Origin: Dehalococcoidia bacterium
GTDB lineage: Bacteria > Chloroflexota > Dehalococcoidia > JAUQQI01
Assembly: GCA_042408785.1 (NCBI GenBank)
Contig: JBHOQU010000039.1
Span: 22,606-86,605 of the forward strand
Direction of reading: 5' to 3'
DNA: 64,000 nucleotides
Shown: positions 27,996-36,910 of the stretch, piece after piece
Layout: each line of letters begins with the position of its first letter
Position numbering within the stretch: position 1 is the first letter of the stretch
The notes under the pieces: model-generated
Told to the model about the DNA's origin: nothing
The model's database searches: none
Seen by the model: only the letters and a program-made list of their open reading frames with translations
Program-made: the position numbers and the translations under genes

Positions 27996-28883
27996 CTACG
28001 GCCGGACGCCGTACAGCCTGGCGACCTTCAGGGTGGAGAAGAGGGCCAGGCCGCAGTACCACTTGACCCGGTTCCGGGTGGCATCCCGGGCCTCCAGGGA
28101 GCCGACCCGCTCCACCTGAATCCAGCCGTTGGTCAGGCCCACCAGGCCGTCCTCGCCGAAGGCGACGGCGTAAATCGACGAGCAGTCGGTCGAGGTGCCC
28201 ACCGTCTCGTTGTCGGGCACGAAGTCCGAAACGGCAATGGGGATGCCGTTGTAAAGCTCGACCCAGCGGCCGAACTCGTTAACGACCCCCTCGATCTGGG
28301 AGCTGGCCGCCCGACGCAGTTCGTTGAGCTTCCGGCGCGACCGTCGGGACATGATGATAAGGTCGGGCTTCCCGGGCCGGATAAGGTCCAGCATCTCGTC
28401 AAGCTTGGCCAGGGTGAGGGTTGCGCCGTTGGTGCCCATCGTGACGGCCTGAGACCCGGTGCCGATGATGGTGCGCAGGCCGTCAAAGGCGTTCGGGTCG
28501 ACGGTTGAGTCGCCGGTGATGGCGGTCTCCTCAAACTTGTGGGCGACGGCCTTGACCTTAAGCTCCAGAACGACCGCCTCGATATCCTGGATGTTGGAGC
28601 GGGTCTGCCGCAGGTAGTTGTCCACGTCGGCGTCGCCGCCCAGAATCTTAAGGGAGGTGGTCACCTGGGTGAAGGTTGGGGTATCCTCGGCCCAGGCGGC
28701 GCCGACGGCGTAGAAGGCGGCCGTTCCGGGGCCGGCCTCCCGGTTGTAGGTTAAGGCGTTGCCCGAGACCTCGATAAAGGGCATCCGCTCGAGCAGGGGC
28801 GAGGCCTTCACCACCGTCTCGAAGACGCCCTTAACCAGCAGGTCGTTGGAGAGCTTGGCAGCTTCGGCAAGGGTAAGGGCCAT
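27996..28883 (-). CDS. phage major capsid protein (HK97-fold type)
   Basis: 295 aa. The N-terminal LSNDLLVKGVFETVVKASPLLERMPFIEVSGNALTYNRE pattern and the FDGL...LDEMLD...PDLIIMS layout are typical of small tailed-phage capsid proteins. Preceded by a coiled-coil scaffold gene. Confidence 0.7.
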   Translation of the reverse strand: MALTLAEAAKLSNDLLVKGVFETVVKASPLLERMPFIEVSGNALTYNREAGPGTAAFYAVGAAWAEDTPTFTQVTTSLKILGGDADVDNYLRQTRSNIQDIEAVVLELKVKAVAHKFEETAITGDSTVDPNAFDGLRTIIGTGSQAVTMGTNGATLTLAKLDEMLDLIRPGKPDLIIMSRRSRRKLNELRRAASSQIEGVVNEFGRWVELYNGIPIAVSDFVPDNETVGTSTDCSSIYAVAFGEDGLVGLTNGWIQVERVGSLEARDATRNRVKWYCGLALFSTLKVARLYGVRP

Positions 28884-28897
28884 TTATATCCTCCTTC

Positions 28898-29257
28898 TCA
28901 GAGTTGGCGGCCTTGAAGGCCGAGCCGGATCTTTTCGACGGCCGGCAGCGCGTCGAGGTCGGGCTGGACCCGGCCCGGCGGGACCGGCGGAACCTGCCGG
29001 ACGGCCTCCCGGCGGGCCTCTTCGGCCGCCTGCTTTCGGACCCGCTCCACCAGGGTTCGGGCCTGCTCAAAGGCCCGGTCCAGGTCCTCGACCGAGTCGC
29101 CGCTTATGAGCTCGGCGGCCTCCGGAAGCAGACCCTGCAGGCGAACCCGGTAGGCCTCGACGGCCGCCCGGTACTGCCGGTCCAGGGCCTCGAGCCGGGC
29201 GGCCAGTTCGGCGTCCGGCCCGGTGGCTTCGGGTATCGGCTTTTGGCCTTCGTTCAC
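28898..29257 (-). CDS. phage scaffolding-like coiled-coil protein
   Basis: 119 aa from the GTG at 29255-29257 (AAAGGAGGTG RBS 8 nt upstream). Alanine/glutamate/arginine-rich helical sequence directly upstream of the capsid gene. Confidence 0.55.
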   Translation of the reverse strand: MNEGQKPIPEATGPDAELAARLEALDRQYRAAVEAYRVRLQGLLPEAAELISGDSVEDLDRAFEQARTLVERVRKQAAEEARREAVRQVPPVPPGRVQPDLDALPAVEKIRLGLQGRQL

Positions 29258-29316
29258 CGGTAAAGCACCTCCTTTAGTGGTCTCACCCGATAGTGTTCGC
29301 CCCAACCCTTAAAAAC

Positions 29317-29330
29317 TGCACAAATGTTCT
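29317..29330 (-). promoter_or_regulatory. near-consensus LexA (Cheo-type GAAC-N4-GTTC) box, AGAACATTTGTGCA
   Basis: One mismatch in the second half-site (GTGC vs GTTC). It lies in the 17-nt spacer between TTTACT (29331-29336) and TTTAAG (29308-29313) on the minus strand, about 60 nt upstream of the scaffold gene. Confidence 0.35.
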
Positions 29331-29408
29331 AGTAAAATCTGGCGAGGGCTCCGGTCCCGGGCCGAAGGCCAATGCCAGGGTGCTTATTTAAAAATATGGT
29401 TTCGGTTC

Positions 29409-29437
29409 TTGACAAAACACGGGGCACTAATTATAAT
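29409..29437 (+). promoter_or_regulatory. consensus sigma-70 promoter of the formate dehydrogenase operon
   Basis: TTGACA (29409-29414), 17-nt spacer, TATAAT (29432-29437). Confidence 0.65.
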
Positions 29438-29494
29438 AAGCCAGCATCAGGTGGCAGACTCAGCGAAAATCATATTCTCTCACGGGGGGGTTCC

Positions 29495-32400
29495 ATGGCG
29501 GTTACAATTTCCAGGCGGAATTTCCTCAAGCTGGGGGTGGCCGGGGCGGCGGCAACGGCCTTCGGCTTCGACCTTAAGCCCGTTGTCGCCCGCACCCGCG
29601 GCCTTAAGATCGACCGGACCACCGAGACCCGCAGCATCTGCCCCTACTGTTCCGTAAGCTGTGGGGTTATCATTCACACCCTCGGGGACCGGGCCGGCAA
29701 CGTAACGGGCACCACCGTGGTCCACGTCGAGGGCGACCCCGACAGCCCCATCAACCGGGGGACCCTCTGCCCCAAGGGGGCAACCTTAAAGCACAACATC
29801 GTAAACGAGCTCAGGCTTACCAAGGTCCTTTACCGGGCCCCGGGTAGCGACCGCTGGGAGGAAAAGTCCTGGGACTGGGCCATCGACCGGATCGCCCGGC
29901 TGATTAAAGAGACCCGGGACGCCAAGCTCATCGAGCGGGACCATCGGGGCCGGGTCGTCAACGCCCTTACGGCCATTGCCGTTATCGGCGGCTGCACCGA
30001 CTCCAACGAGAACAACTACCTTATCCAGAAGGCCTTCCGGGCAGGCTTAAGCATCATCCCCGTCGAACAGCAGGCCCGGATATGACACGGCCCCACGGTG
30101 GCCAGTTTGGCCGCCACGTTCGGTCGGGGCGCCATGACCAACGGCTGGACCGACATCGCCAATGCCGACGTCATCCTGGCGATGGGCGGAAACCCGGCCG
30201 AGAACCACCCCTGCGGCTTCAAGTTCGTGATGGAGGCCAAGCGGAAGCGGAACGCCAAGCTGGTGGCGGTGGACATCCGCTTCCAGCGCACGGCGGCCGT
30301 TGCCGACCACTTCGTTCAGATCCGGGCCGGAACGGACATCGCCTTCCTGGGCGGCCTCATCAACTACGCCCTCACCAACAACCGCTACCACGAGGAGTAC
30401 CTCCGGCTCCACACTAACGCCCCCTTCATCGTCCGGGAAGACTTCAAGTTTGACGAGGAGAACGGCGTTTTCTCCGGCTGGGACGAGGCCAGGGGCCAGT
30501 ACGACCCCACCAGCTGGGACTACGAGTACGACGAGAACGGCTACGCCAGGGTCGACCTGACGATGCAGCACCCGCGGTCGGTCTTCCAGCTCCTTAAGAA
30601 GTTCTACTCCCGCTACACCCCGGAGCGGGTGGCCCAGATCTGCGGCTGCAGCGTCGACGACTTCCTCAAGGCGGCCGATATCATCACCTCCACCTACGCT
30701 CCCGACAGGGCCGGAACCATCATGTACGCCCTGGGCTGGACCCACCACAGCTTCTCGGTCCAGCTTATCAAGGCGGCGGCCACCCTCCAGCTCATCCTCG
30801 GCAACGTGGGGCGGCCGGGCGGGGGCGTAAACGCCCTGCGGGGCCACGCCAACATCCAGGGCGGGACCGACATGGGCATGGGCTACCACAACACCCCGGG
30901 CTACATCCCCATCCCCAAGGCCCCCCACCAGAGCCTCCAGCAGTTCCTGGAGGCCGTGACCCCCAAGGCCCTGCGGCCCAACTCCGTCAACTACTGGCAG
31001 AACATGCCCAAGTTCGTCGTAAGCCAGCTTAAGGCCTTCTACGGCGACGCCGCCACCAAGGAGAACGAGTTCGCCTACCACCTCCACCCCAAACTCCCCG
31101 AGGACCCGGCCACCGGCCGCCTGGAGAACTGGAGCTGGGCCTTCATCTTCGACCACATGGCCCAGGGCCGGGTGGACGGCCTCATCAGCTTCGGGATGAA
31201 CCCGGTTAACAACGGCCCCCACACCCGCAAGGTCATCTACGCCCTCTCCCAGCTCAAGTGGCTGGTGGTGGCCGAGAACTTCATGACCGAAACCGCCTAC
31301 TTCTGGCGGCCCGACATCCTGGCCACCATCGGCAAGAAGCCTGAGGATGTCAAGACCGAGGTCTTCGTTCTGCCGGCGGCCAACTTCGCCGAAAAGTCCG
31401 GCTCCTTCACCAACTCGGCCCGCTGGGCCCAGTGGAAGTGGAAGGCCATCGACCCGCCGGGCGAGGCCAAGGCCGACCAGGAGATCGTGGGCCGCATCTT
31501 TATGAAGGTCCGGGAGCTCTACCAGAAAGAGGGGGGCCGCTTCCCCGACCCCGTCCTCAAGCTGGACTGGCCCTACACTAACCCCTACGCGCCCTCCGAA
31601 GAGGAGATTGCCCGGGAGATCAACGGCAAAGACCTCACCACCGGCAAACAGCTCCCCCTCTTCACCGCCCTTCGGGACGACGGCACCACCTCCTGCGGCA
31701 ACTGGCTCTACTGCGGCTCCTGGACCGAAGAGGGCAACCTGATGGCCCGGCGGAACCTGGACGACCCCACCGGCCTGGGCTTCTTCCACAACTGGGCCTT
31801 CAACTGGCCGGCCAACCGCCGGATCCTGTACAACCGGGCCTCGGCCGACGCCCAGGGCCGGCCCTGGGACCCCTCCCGGCCCGGGATCGTCTGGGACGGC
31901 AAGCGCTGGGTCGGGGATGTGCCCGACTACCCGGCCACGGCCCCGCCGGAGCAGGGCTGGGGCGCCTTCATCATGATTCCCGAGGGCGTTGCCCGCCTCT
32001 TCGCCCCGAAGGGCGCATTTGTGGACGGCCCCTTCGCCGAGTTCTACGAGCCCCTGGAGTCGCCGGTGCCCAACCTGCTGCACCCGAAGCGGAGCCAGAA
32101 CCCGGTGGCGGTCGTCTTTAAGACCACCGAGTGGGACCGGCTGGGCCGGGCCGAGGAGTTCCCCATTGTGGCCACCACTTACCGCCTCACCGAGATGTTC
32201 CACTACTGGACCAAGAACAACCCGTACCTGGTCCAGCTCCAGCCGGAGTTCTTTATCGAGATGCCTTCGGAGCTGGCGGCCGAAAAGGGCATCAAAAACG
32301 GCGACATGGTGCGGGTCATCTCGGCCCGGGGCGAGGTTAAGGGCCGGGCCCTTATCACCAACCGGATCCGGCCCATGCGGGTGGGTGACCGGACGGTTTA

Positions 32401-32548
32401 CCCCATCGGCATGCCCATCCATTGGGGCTTCATCGGCCTCGGCCGACAGGAGGGCGGGGCGGCCAACATCCTGACGCCGACGGTGCTGGACCCCAACTCC
32501 TTCTGCCCCGAGTACAAGGGCTTCCTGGTCAGGGTCGAAAAGGCGTAA
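29495..32548 (+). CDS. fdnG: formate dehydrogenase-N-type catalytic subunit, selenocysteine-containing, Tat-exported
   Basis: Tat signal SRRNFLKLGVAGAAATA and 4Fe-4S motif CPYCSVSCG. In-frame TGA at 30083-30085 sits in ARI-U-HGPTVASLAATFGRGAMTN, the conserved Sec position. ORFs 29372-30085 and 30098-32548 share one frame. Confidence 0.9.
30083..30115 (+). other. UGA-Sec recoding site with candidate SECIS hairpin
   Basis: TGA at 30083-30085. A GC-rich hairpin GGTGGCC-AGTTT-GGCCGCC (30097-30115, one G-U pair) starts 11 nt downstream. Confidence 0.6.
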
Positions 32549-32561
32549 GGGGGAGACTGCC

Positions 32562-33473
32562 ATGGCGTTCGAACCTACGGCGATAAAGGCGGTTTCGGCG
32601 TCGGTCACCCCGGCGCCGGGCATTAAAAACGTCCCGGAGGTAATCAAACTCATCGACGTCTCGTCCTGCATCGGGTGCAAGGCCTGCGAGGTGGCCTGCC
32701 AGGAGTGGAACGACCTGCCGGCCAACGTCAACCGCCCCTTCTTCGGCTCCTACCAGACCCTGCCCGACCTTGACTGGAACTTCTGGCAGCTCATCAAGTT
32801 CAACGAGGTCCAGCGGGACGGCCGGTTCATCTGGACCCTGACCAAGTACCAGTGCATGCACTGCGGCGACCCGGGGTGCCTGCGGGCCTGCCCGGCCCCC
32901 GGGGCCATCGTCCAGTATGCCAACGGCATCGTCGACTTCGTCCAGGAGAACTGCATCGGCTGCGGCTTCTGCATAACCGGCTGCCCCTTCGACGTGCCCA
33001 GGCTCAGCCCGTCCACCGGCAAGGTCTACAAGTGTACCCTCTGCTCCGACCGGGTAAGCGCCGGGCTTGAGCCGGCCTGCGTCAAGGCCTGCCCGACCAA
33101 GTGCCTGAGCTTCGGCACCAAGGACCAGATGCTGGCCCAGGCCAGCTACCGGGTGGAACAGCTTCGGGCCATCGGCTACGACAAGGCCGCGGTTTACAAC
33201 CCGCCGGGGGTGGGCGGGACCCACGCCGTCTACGTCCTGCCCTACGGGGATTCGCCCGAGATTTACGGCCTGCCCCGGAACCCGACCGTCTCCTTTGTGG
33301 ACGTCTGGAAGGGCGGCCTCAGGTGGCTCGGCAACCTGGTAATCTTCGGGGGCATCCTCGGGGCCATCTTGCACTACCTGCGGTTTGGGCCCCGCCGGGT
33401 GCCCGCCGAAGAGGCGGCCCCGGCCGCCCCAGGCCCGCGGCCGACCGAGCCCGTTCCGGGCGACAACGGCTAA
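32562..33473 (+). CDS. fdnH: formate dehydrogenase iron-sulfur subunit
   Basis: 303 aa. Multiple ferredoxin-type CxxCxxCxxxC clusters (CIGCKACEVAC, CMHCGDPGC, CIGCGFCITGC, CTLCSDR) and a C-terminal TM helix. Confidence 0.9.
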   Translation: MAFEPTAIKAVSASVTPAPGIKNVPEVIKLIDVSSCIGCKACEVACQEWNDLPANVNRPFFGSYQTLPDLDWNFWQLIKFNEVQRDGRFIWTLTKYQCMHCGDPGCLRACPAPGAIVQYANGIVDFVQENCIGCGFCITGCPFDVPRLSPSTGKVYKCTLCSDRVSAGLEPACVKACPTKCLSFGTKDQMLAQASYRVEQLRAIGYDKAAVYNPPGVGGTHAVYVLPYGDSPEIYGLPRNPTVSFVDVWKGGLRWLGNLVIFGGILGAILHYLRFGPRRVPAEEAAPAAPGPRPTEPVPGDNG

Positions 33474-33497
33474 AACCTTCGAGCGGGAGGTCCGACA

Positions 33498-34157
33498 ATG
33501 GCTTTCCAGGAGCGCCGGCGGGTACTGGTGAGGCGCTACAGCCTTTTTGAGCGGATTGTCCACTGGGTCGTGGCCGTAACCTTCGTTTACCTAATGCTCA
33601 GCGGCCTTGCCCTATTCTGGCCGCCCTTCTTCTGGCTGACCCAGGTCCTCGGCGGCCCAACCCTCGTCCGGGTCGTCCATCCCATCGTCGGCATCGCCTT
33701 CATCGTGGCCCTGCTGGTGATGCTGGCCATGTGGGCAAAGGATATGGTTTTGGACCGGCTCGACATCGAGTGGCTAAAGGCCGCCCCGAAATATGCCACC
33801 GGTCAGGAGGAGGGGGTCCCCGAGTCGGGCCGCTTTAACGCCGGCCAGAAGCTCCTCTTCTACCTGCAGGTTGTGGCCGGGATTTTGCTCTTGCTTTCCG
33901 GCATTGTCCTCTGGTTCCCCATGCAGTTTCCGGCCGGCCTCCGGCAGGCGAGCTTCATCGTCCACGACCTGTTCGCCATCGCCGCCATCGGGGCCCTCAT
34001 TCTCCACATTTACATGGGCCTCTTCTACATCCGGGGCAGCCTCCAGGGCATGGTCGAAGGGGTGGTTTCCCGGGCCTGGGCCCGGGCCCACCACGGCCGC
34101 TGGTACCGGCAGGTGGAGGGCACTTCGGCGGTGATTACCGAAGAGGCCCATGATTAA
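33498..34157 (+). CDS. fdnI: formate dehydrogenase cytochrome b556 (gamma) subunit
   Basis: 219 aa with four TM helices and conserved histidines (ERIVHW..., HPIVG, IVHDL, ILHIY). Confidence 0.85.
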   Translation: MAFQERRRVLVRRYSLFERIVHWVVAVTFVYLMLSGLALFWPPFFWLTQVLGGPTLVRVVHPIVGIAFIVALLVMLAMWAKDMVLDRLDIEWLKAAPKYATGQEEGVPESGRFNAGQKLLFYLQVVAGILLLLSGIVLWFPMQFPAGLRQASFIVHDLFAIAAIGALILHIYMGLFYIRGSLQGMVEGVVSRAWARAHHGRWYRQVEGTSAVITEEAHD

Positions 34158-35040
34158 CCGGACCGCCCGGACGCCGGCCTTCACCTTCGAACGCCGGGTC
34201 GAGCGGGCCATCGAGCTGGCCGAAAGGCTCGACTACGCCCGCGAGGTGCTCGGCTTTTACCGGGAGGTGGCCGGGTTTCAGCTCCGCCTCTACGATGGCC
34301 TCAAGGCCAGGCTGGAGCCCGCCGACATTCCCTGGGGGGAAGGCCGGCCCATCCACCCCGGGCTGCTGGGCCGGCACCTGCCGGTTCTCCTGCCCGAGTT
34401 CCCCGGGCTGCTGGTTTTGGTCCGGCGGGTTGGACCCGAGCTGTTAACCCGGGCGGCCGACGAGCTCCTGACGGAGTTCAGCCCCGACGACTGGACGGTC
34501 CTCCTTGAGGAGTACTGGCAGGCGGCCACCGACCCGGGCCGGGATGAACAGGCCGAGCCGGACGTGACCGGCTTTTTCCCCAAGGCCTTCCTGCAGCCCT
34601 ACGCCGAATTTCTCGCGGCCCACTGCCCCTGGCTGCCCCCGGACGACGAGGCCGAGTGGCGGGTGGCGGCCGGACGGGCCAGGTGTCCGGTCTGCGGGGC
34701 CCGGCCGCAGGTCTCGGTCCTCCGGCCCGAATCCCACGGGGCCCGCCGGTTCCTGCTCTGCTCCCTTTGCGGCTTCGAATGGCGGTACAAGCGGCTCTGC
34801 TGTCCCGCCTGCGGCGAGGAGGAGTTTAAAAAGCTAGCCTACCATAAGCCGCCCGACTTCGAGCTGCCCCACGTCCGGGTGGAGGTCTGCGAAACCTGCA
34901 AAGGGTATATTAAAGGTGTGGACCTGACCGAATACGGCCTCGCCGTGCCCATTGTCGATGAGCTGGCGGCTTTGGCCCTGGATGTCTGGGCGGTGGAGCA
35001 GGGCTACCGCAAGGTCGAGTTAAACCTGGCCGGAATTTGA
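34150..35040 (+). CDS. fdhE: formate dehydrogenase accessory protein FdhE
   Basis: 296 aa with paired CxxC motifs (CPVCG, CSLCG, CPACG, CETCKGY) characteristic of FdhE. Confidence 0.85.
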   Translation: MINRTARTPAFTFERRVERAIELAERLDYAREVLGFYREVAGFQLRLYDGLKARLEPADIPWGEGRPIHPGLLGRHLPVLLPEFPGLLVLVRRVGPELLTRAADELLTEFSPDDWTVLLEEYWQAATDPGRDEQAEPDVTGFFPKAFLQPYAEFLAAHCPWLPPDDEAEWRVAAGRARCPVCGARPQVSVLRPESHGARRFLLCSLCGFEWRYKRLCCPACGEEEFKKLAYHKPPDFELPHVRVEVCETCKGYIKGVDLTEYGLAVPIVDELAALALDVWAVEQGYRKVELNLAGI

Positions 35041-35053
35041 GGAGGTTTTGGGG

Positions 35054-35932
35054 ATGTCGGCGGCTGGGCGGCCCGGCCGCACCGTCTCGGCCCGAATAAT
35101 CTGCGCCCGCAACGGCTCGGCCTACAGCCGGGTCGACGAGCTGGCCACCGAAGAGCCCCTGGAAGTCCGGGTCGCCTGCTTCCAGGACGGGGTGGAGGTC
35201 CGCCGGAGCATCGCCGTCACCATGCGGACCCCCGGCAACGACTTTGAGCTGGCGGCAGGCTTTCTCTACAGCGAGGGGGTAATCACCGGGCCTGAATCGA
35301 TAGACCGCATCGCCTACTGCACCGATATCGAAGGCCCCCAGATGTACAACGTCGTAACCGTCCACCTGCGGCCGGGGGTTCCGTTCGACCCCGAGCGGCT
35401 CAGCCGCAACGTTTACACCACCTCAAGCTGCGGCGTCTGCGGCAAGGCCTCCCTGGAGCTGGTCCGAACCGTCTGCCCCGGCCGGCCGGTGGGCAACCTT
35501 AAGCTCCGGCCGGAGCTGATCCTCAGCCTGCCAGGGGCCCTGGCCAGGGCCCAATCGGTCTTTGCCCGGACGGGCGGACTGCACGCCTCGGCCCTCTTCG
35601 ACGCCGCCGGGAACCTCCTGCTGGCCCGGGAGGATGTGGGCCGCCACAACGCCATGGACAAGCTTATCGGGTCCCTGCTGCTGGCCGGGAAACTTCCGGC
35701 CGCAAACACCATTGTCCTGGTGAGCGGCCGGGCCAGCTTCGAGCTGGTCCAGAAGGCCGTCATGGCCGGGATTCCGGTCCTGGCGGCGGTTGGGGCGCCC
35801 AGCAGCCTGGCCGTCGAGCTGGCCCGGGAGTTCGGCCTGACCCTGATCGGCTTTCTGCGGGGCGACCGGTTTAACGTCTACGCCGGGGCCGAGCGGGTCC
35901 AGGGGCTGGGCGCGTTGGCCGGGACCCGGTAA
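35054..35932 (+). CDS. fdhD: formate dehydrogenase accessory sulfurtransferase FdhD
   Basis: SSCGVCGKASLE and GRHNAMDKLIG motifs. ATG at 35054 lies 8 nt after GAGGAGG. An alternative TTG is at 35048. Confidence 0.88.
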   Translation: MSAAGRPGRTVSARIICARNGSAYSRVDELATEEPLEVRVACFQDGVEVRRSIAVTMRTPGNDFELAAGFLYSEGVITGPESIDRIAYCTDIEGPQMYNVVTVHLRPGVPFDPERLSRNVYTTSSCGVCGKASLELVRTVCPGRPVGNLKLRPELILSLPGALARAQSVFARTGGLHASALFDAAGNLLLAREDVGRHNAMDKLIGSLLLAGKLPAANTIVLVSGRASFELVQKAVMAGIPVLAAVGAPSSLAVELAREFGLTLIGFLRGDRFNVYAGAERVQGLGALAGTR

Positions 35933-35943
35933 AATAAATCGTT

Positions 35944-36033
35944 GGAGGGGTGGCCGAGCGGTTTAAGGCGGCCGTCTTGAAAACGGCTATGGGGTGCGGA
36001 GCCCCATCGTGGGTTCGAATCCCACCCCCTCCG
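35944..36033 (+). tRNA. tRNA-Ser (anticodon UGA)
   Basis: 90 nt. Acceptor GGAGGGG/CCCCTCC, anticodon stem GCCGT/ACGGC with loop CUUGAAA (UGA), long variable arm, T arm GTGGG-TTCGAAT-CCCAC, discriminator G. Confidence 0.9.
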
Positions 36034-36829
36034 CCCAGAACCTGCACCCCGCCCGGACCGGGCAGACCCCGCACCGGGGCTCCCTGCGGCAGGCGGCCTT
36101 GCCGTGGGCGACGATAAGGGCGTGAAACTCCCCCAGGGCCGCCGGGTCCGGGCCGAGGGCGTCCTCCACTAGCCGCCGAATCCTTTCATACGGCTGGGGT
36201 TCCGCCAGAATCCCGTATCGTAAAAACAGCCGCCGGGCGTACGCGTCCACCGGGAAATATGGGCGGCCGGCGGCGTAAAGCAGGATGCTGTCGGCCGTTT
36301 CCGGCCCGATCCCCGGCACCGAAAGGAGCCAGGTCCGGAGGCTTTCCGGGTCCGCCCTGAGAAACGCCCCGAGGGAGCCGAAATCCCCCTTGAGGGCCGC
36401 AACGAAGGCTTTCAGCCGGCTGGCCTTCACCCGGGGATATCCGGCCGGGCGGATGAGCTCGGCCAGCCGGGCCGGGTCCACCTCGGCCAGCCTTTCGGGG
36501 TCCAGAAGCCCGGCCCCTTTAAGCCGGGCGATGGCCTTCTCAACGTTTACCCAGGCCGTCCCCTGGGTGAGAATCGCCCCGACGATGACCTCGAAGGGGG
36601 TCTCGGCCGGCCACCAGTGCTGGGGGCCGTAGTGGGCCAGCAGGTCGGCAAAGAGCCGACGAACCTTCGGCCCTACCCCTTCCGAATCGACTGGCTCAGC
36701 ACCGACGAGCGGCTTACCAGCCAGCGTCCGTCCACTTTCTTGGCCTGGAGAACCCCCTTGCGAATAAGGTACCTGACCTGGACCCGGGTCAGGCCGAGGA
36801 GTCGGGCTGCCGTCGCGGTGGTTATCCAT
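35987..36829 (-). CDS. endonuclease III-like HhH-GPD base-excision protein (start uncertain)
   Basis: YGPQHWWPAETPFEVIVGAILTQGTAW, HhH (VPGIGPETADSILLY) and a Cys cluster (CRREPRCGVCPVRAGC). The only canonical in-frame start (ATG 36829) lies inside the HTH ORF. The 3' end runs antisense into tRNA-Ser. Confidence 0.7.
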   Translation of the reverse strand: MDNHRDGSPTPRPDPGPGQVPYSQGGSPGQESGRTLAGKPLVGAEPVDSEGVGPKVRRLFADLLAHYGPQHWWPAETPFEVIVGAILTQGTAWVNVEKAIARLKGAGLLDPERLAEVDPARLAELIRPAGYPRVKASRLKAFVAALKGDFGSLGAFLRADPESLRTWLLSVPGIGPETADSILLYAAGRPYFPVDAYARRLFLRYGILAEPQPYERIRRLVEDALGPDPAALGEFHALIVAHGKAACRREPRCGVCPVRAGCRFWAEGVGFEPTMGLRTP

Positions 36830-36846
36830 TCCTGCTCCTGGTCCAT
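36673..36846 (-). CDS. excisionase-family (HTH_17/MerR-like) small DNA-binding protein
   Basis: 57 aa, below the ORF-track cutoff. Reads MDQEQEWITTATAARLLGLTRVQVRYLIRKGVLQAKKVDGRWLVSRSSVLSQSIRKG*. GGAGG lies 11 nt upstream of the ATG. Confidence 0.6.
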   Translation of the reverse strand: MDQEQEWITTATAARLLGLTRVQVRYLIRKGVLQAKKVDGRWLVSRSSVLSQSIRKG

Positions 36847-36910
36847 CGCCCCGTGAGCCTCCGCCGACGTCTTTAAAACCGTGGGCCTGCCGCCTGAGAC
36901 GGCCGGAAGT

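Noticed and set aside
27996-28883. HK97-fold protein as an encapsulin shell rather than a phage capsid
   Set aside because: It is preceded by a coiled-coil scaffold-like gene and followed by adaptor-, lysin-, tail- and holin-like genes. No cargo enzyme with a targeting peptide lies adjacent, and the sequence does not resemble encapsulins I can recall.
24252-29257. Search for an imuA/imuA' (RecA/SulA-like) gene among the ORFs upstream of imuB
   Set aside because: None of the eight ORFs shows Walker-type or RecA-like patterns. All fit phage structural or lysis roles better.
30047-32731. 894-aa ORF antisense to fdnG
   Set aside because: Gly/Pro/Val/Arg-rich with no recognisable motif. The sense strand encodes an unmistakable molybdopterin formate dehydrogenase. 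Long shadow ORFs like this are expected in GC-rich DNA.
35944-36033. Possibility that the long-arm tRNA next to the selenoprotein operon is tRNA-Sec (selC)
   Set aside because: The anticodon loop reads CUUGAAA, giving anticodon UGA (Ser), not UCA. The acceptor stem is 7 bp with ordinary tRNA-Ser geometry.
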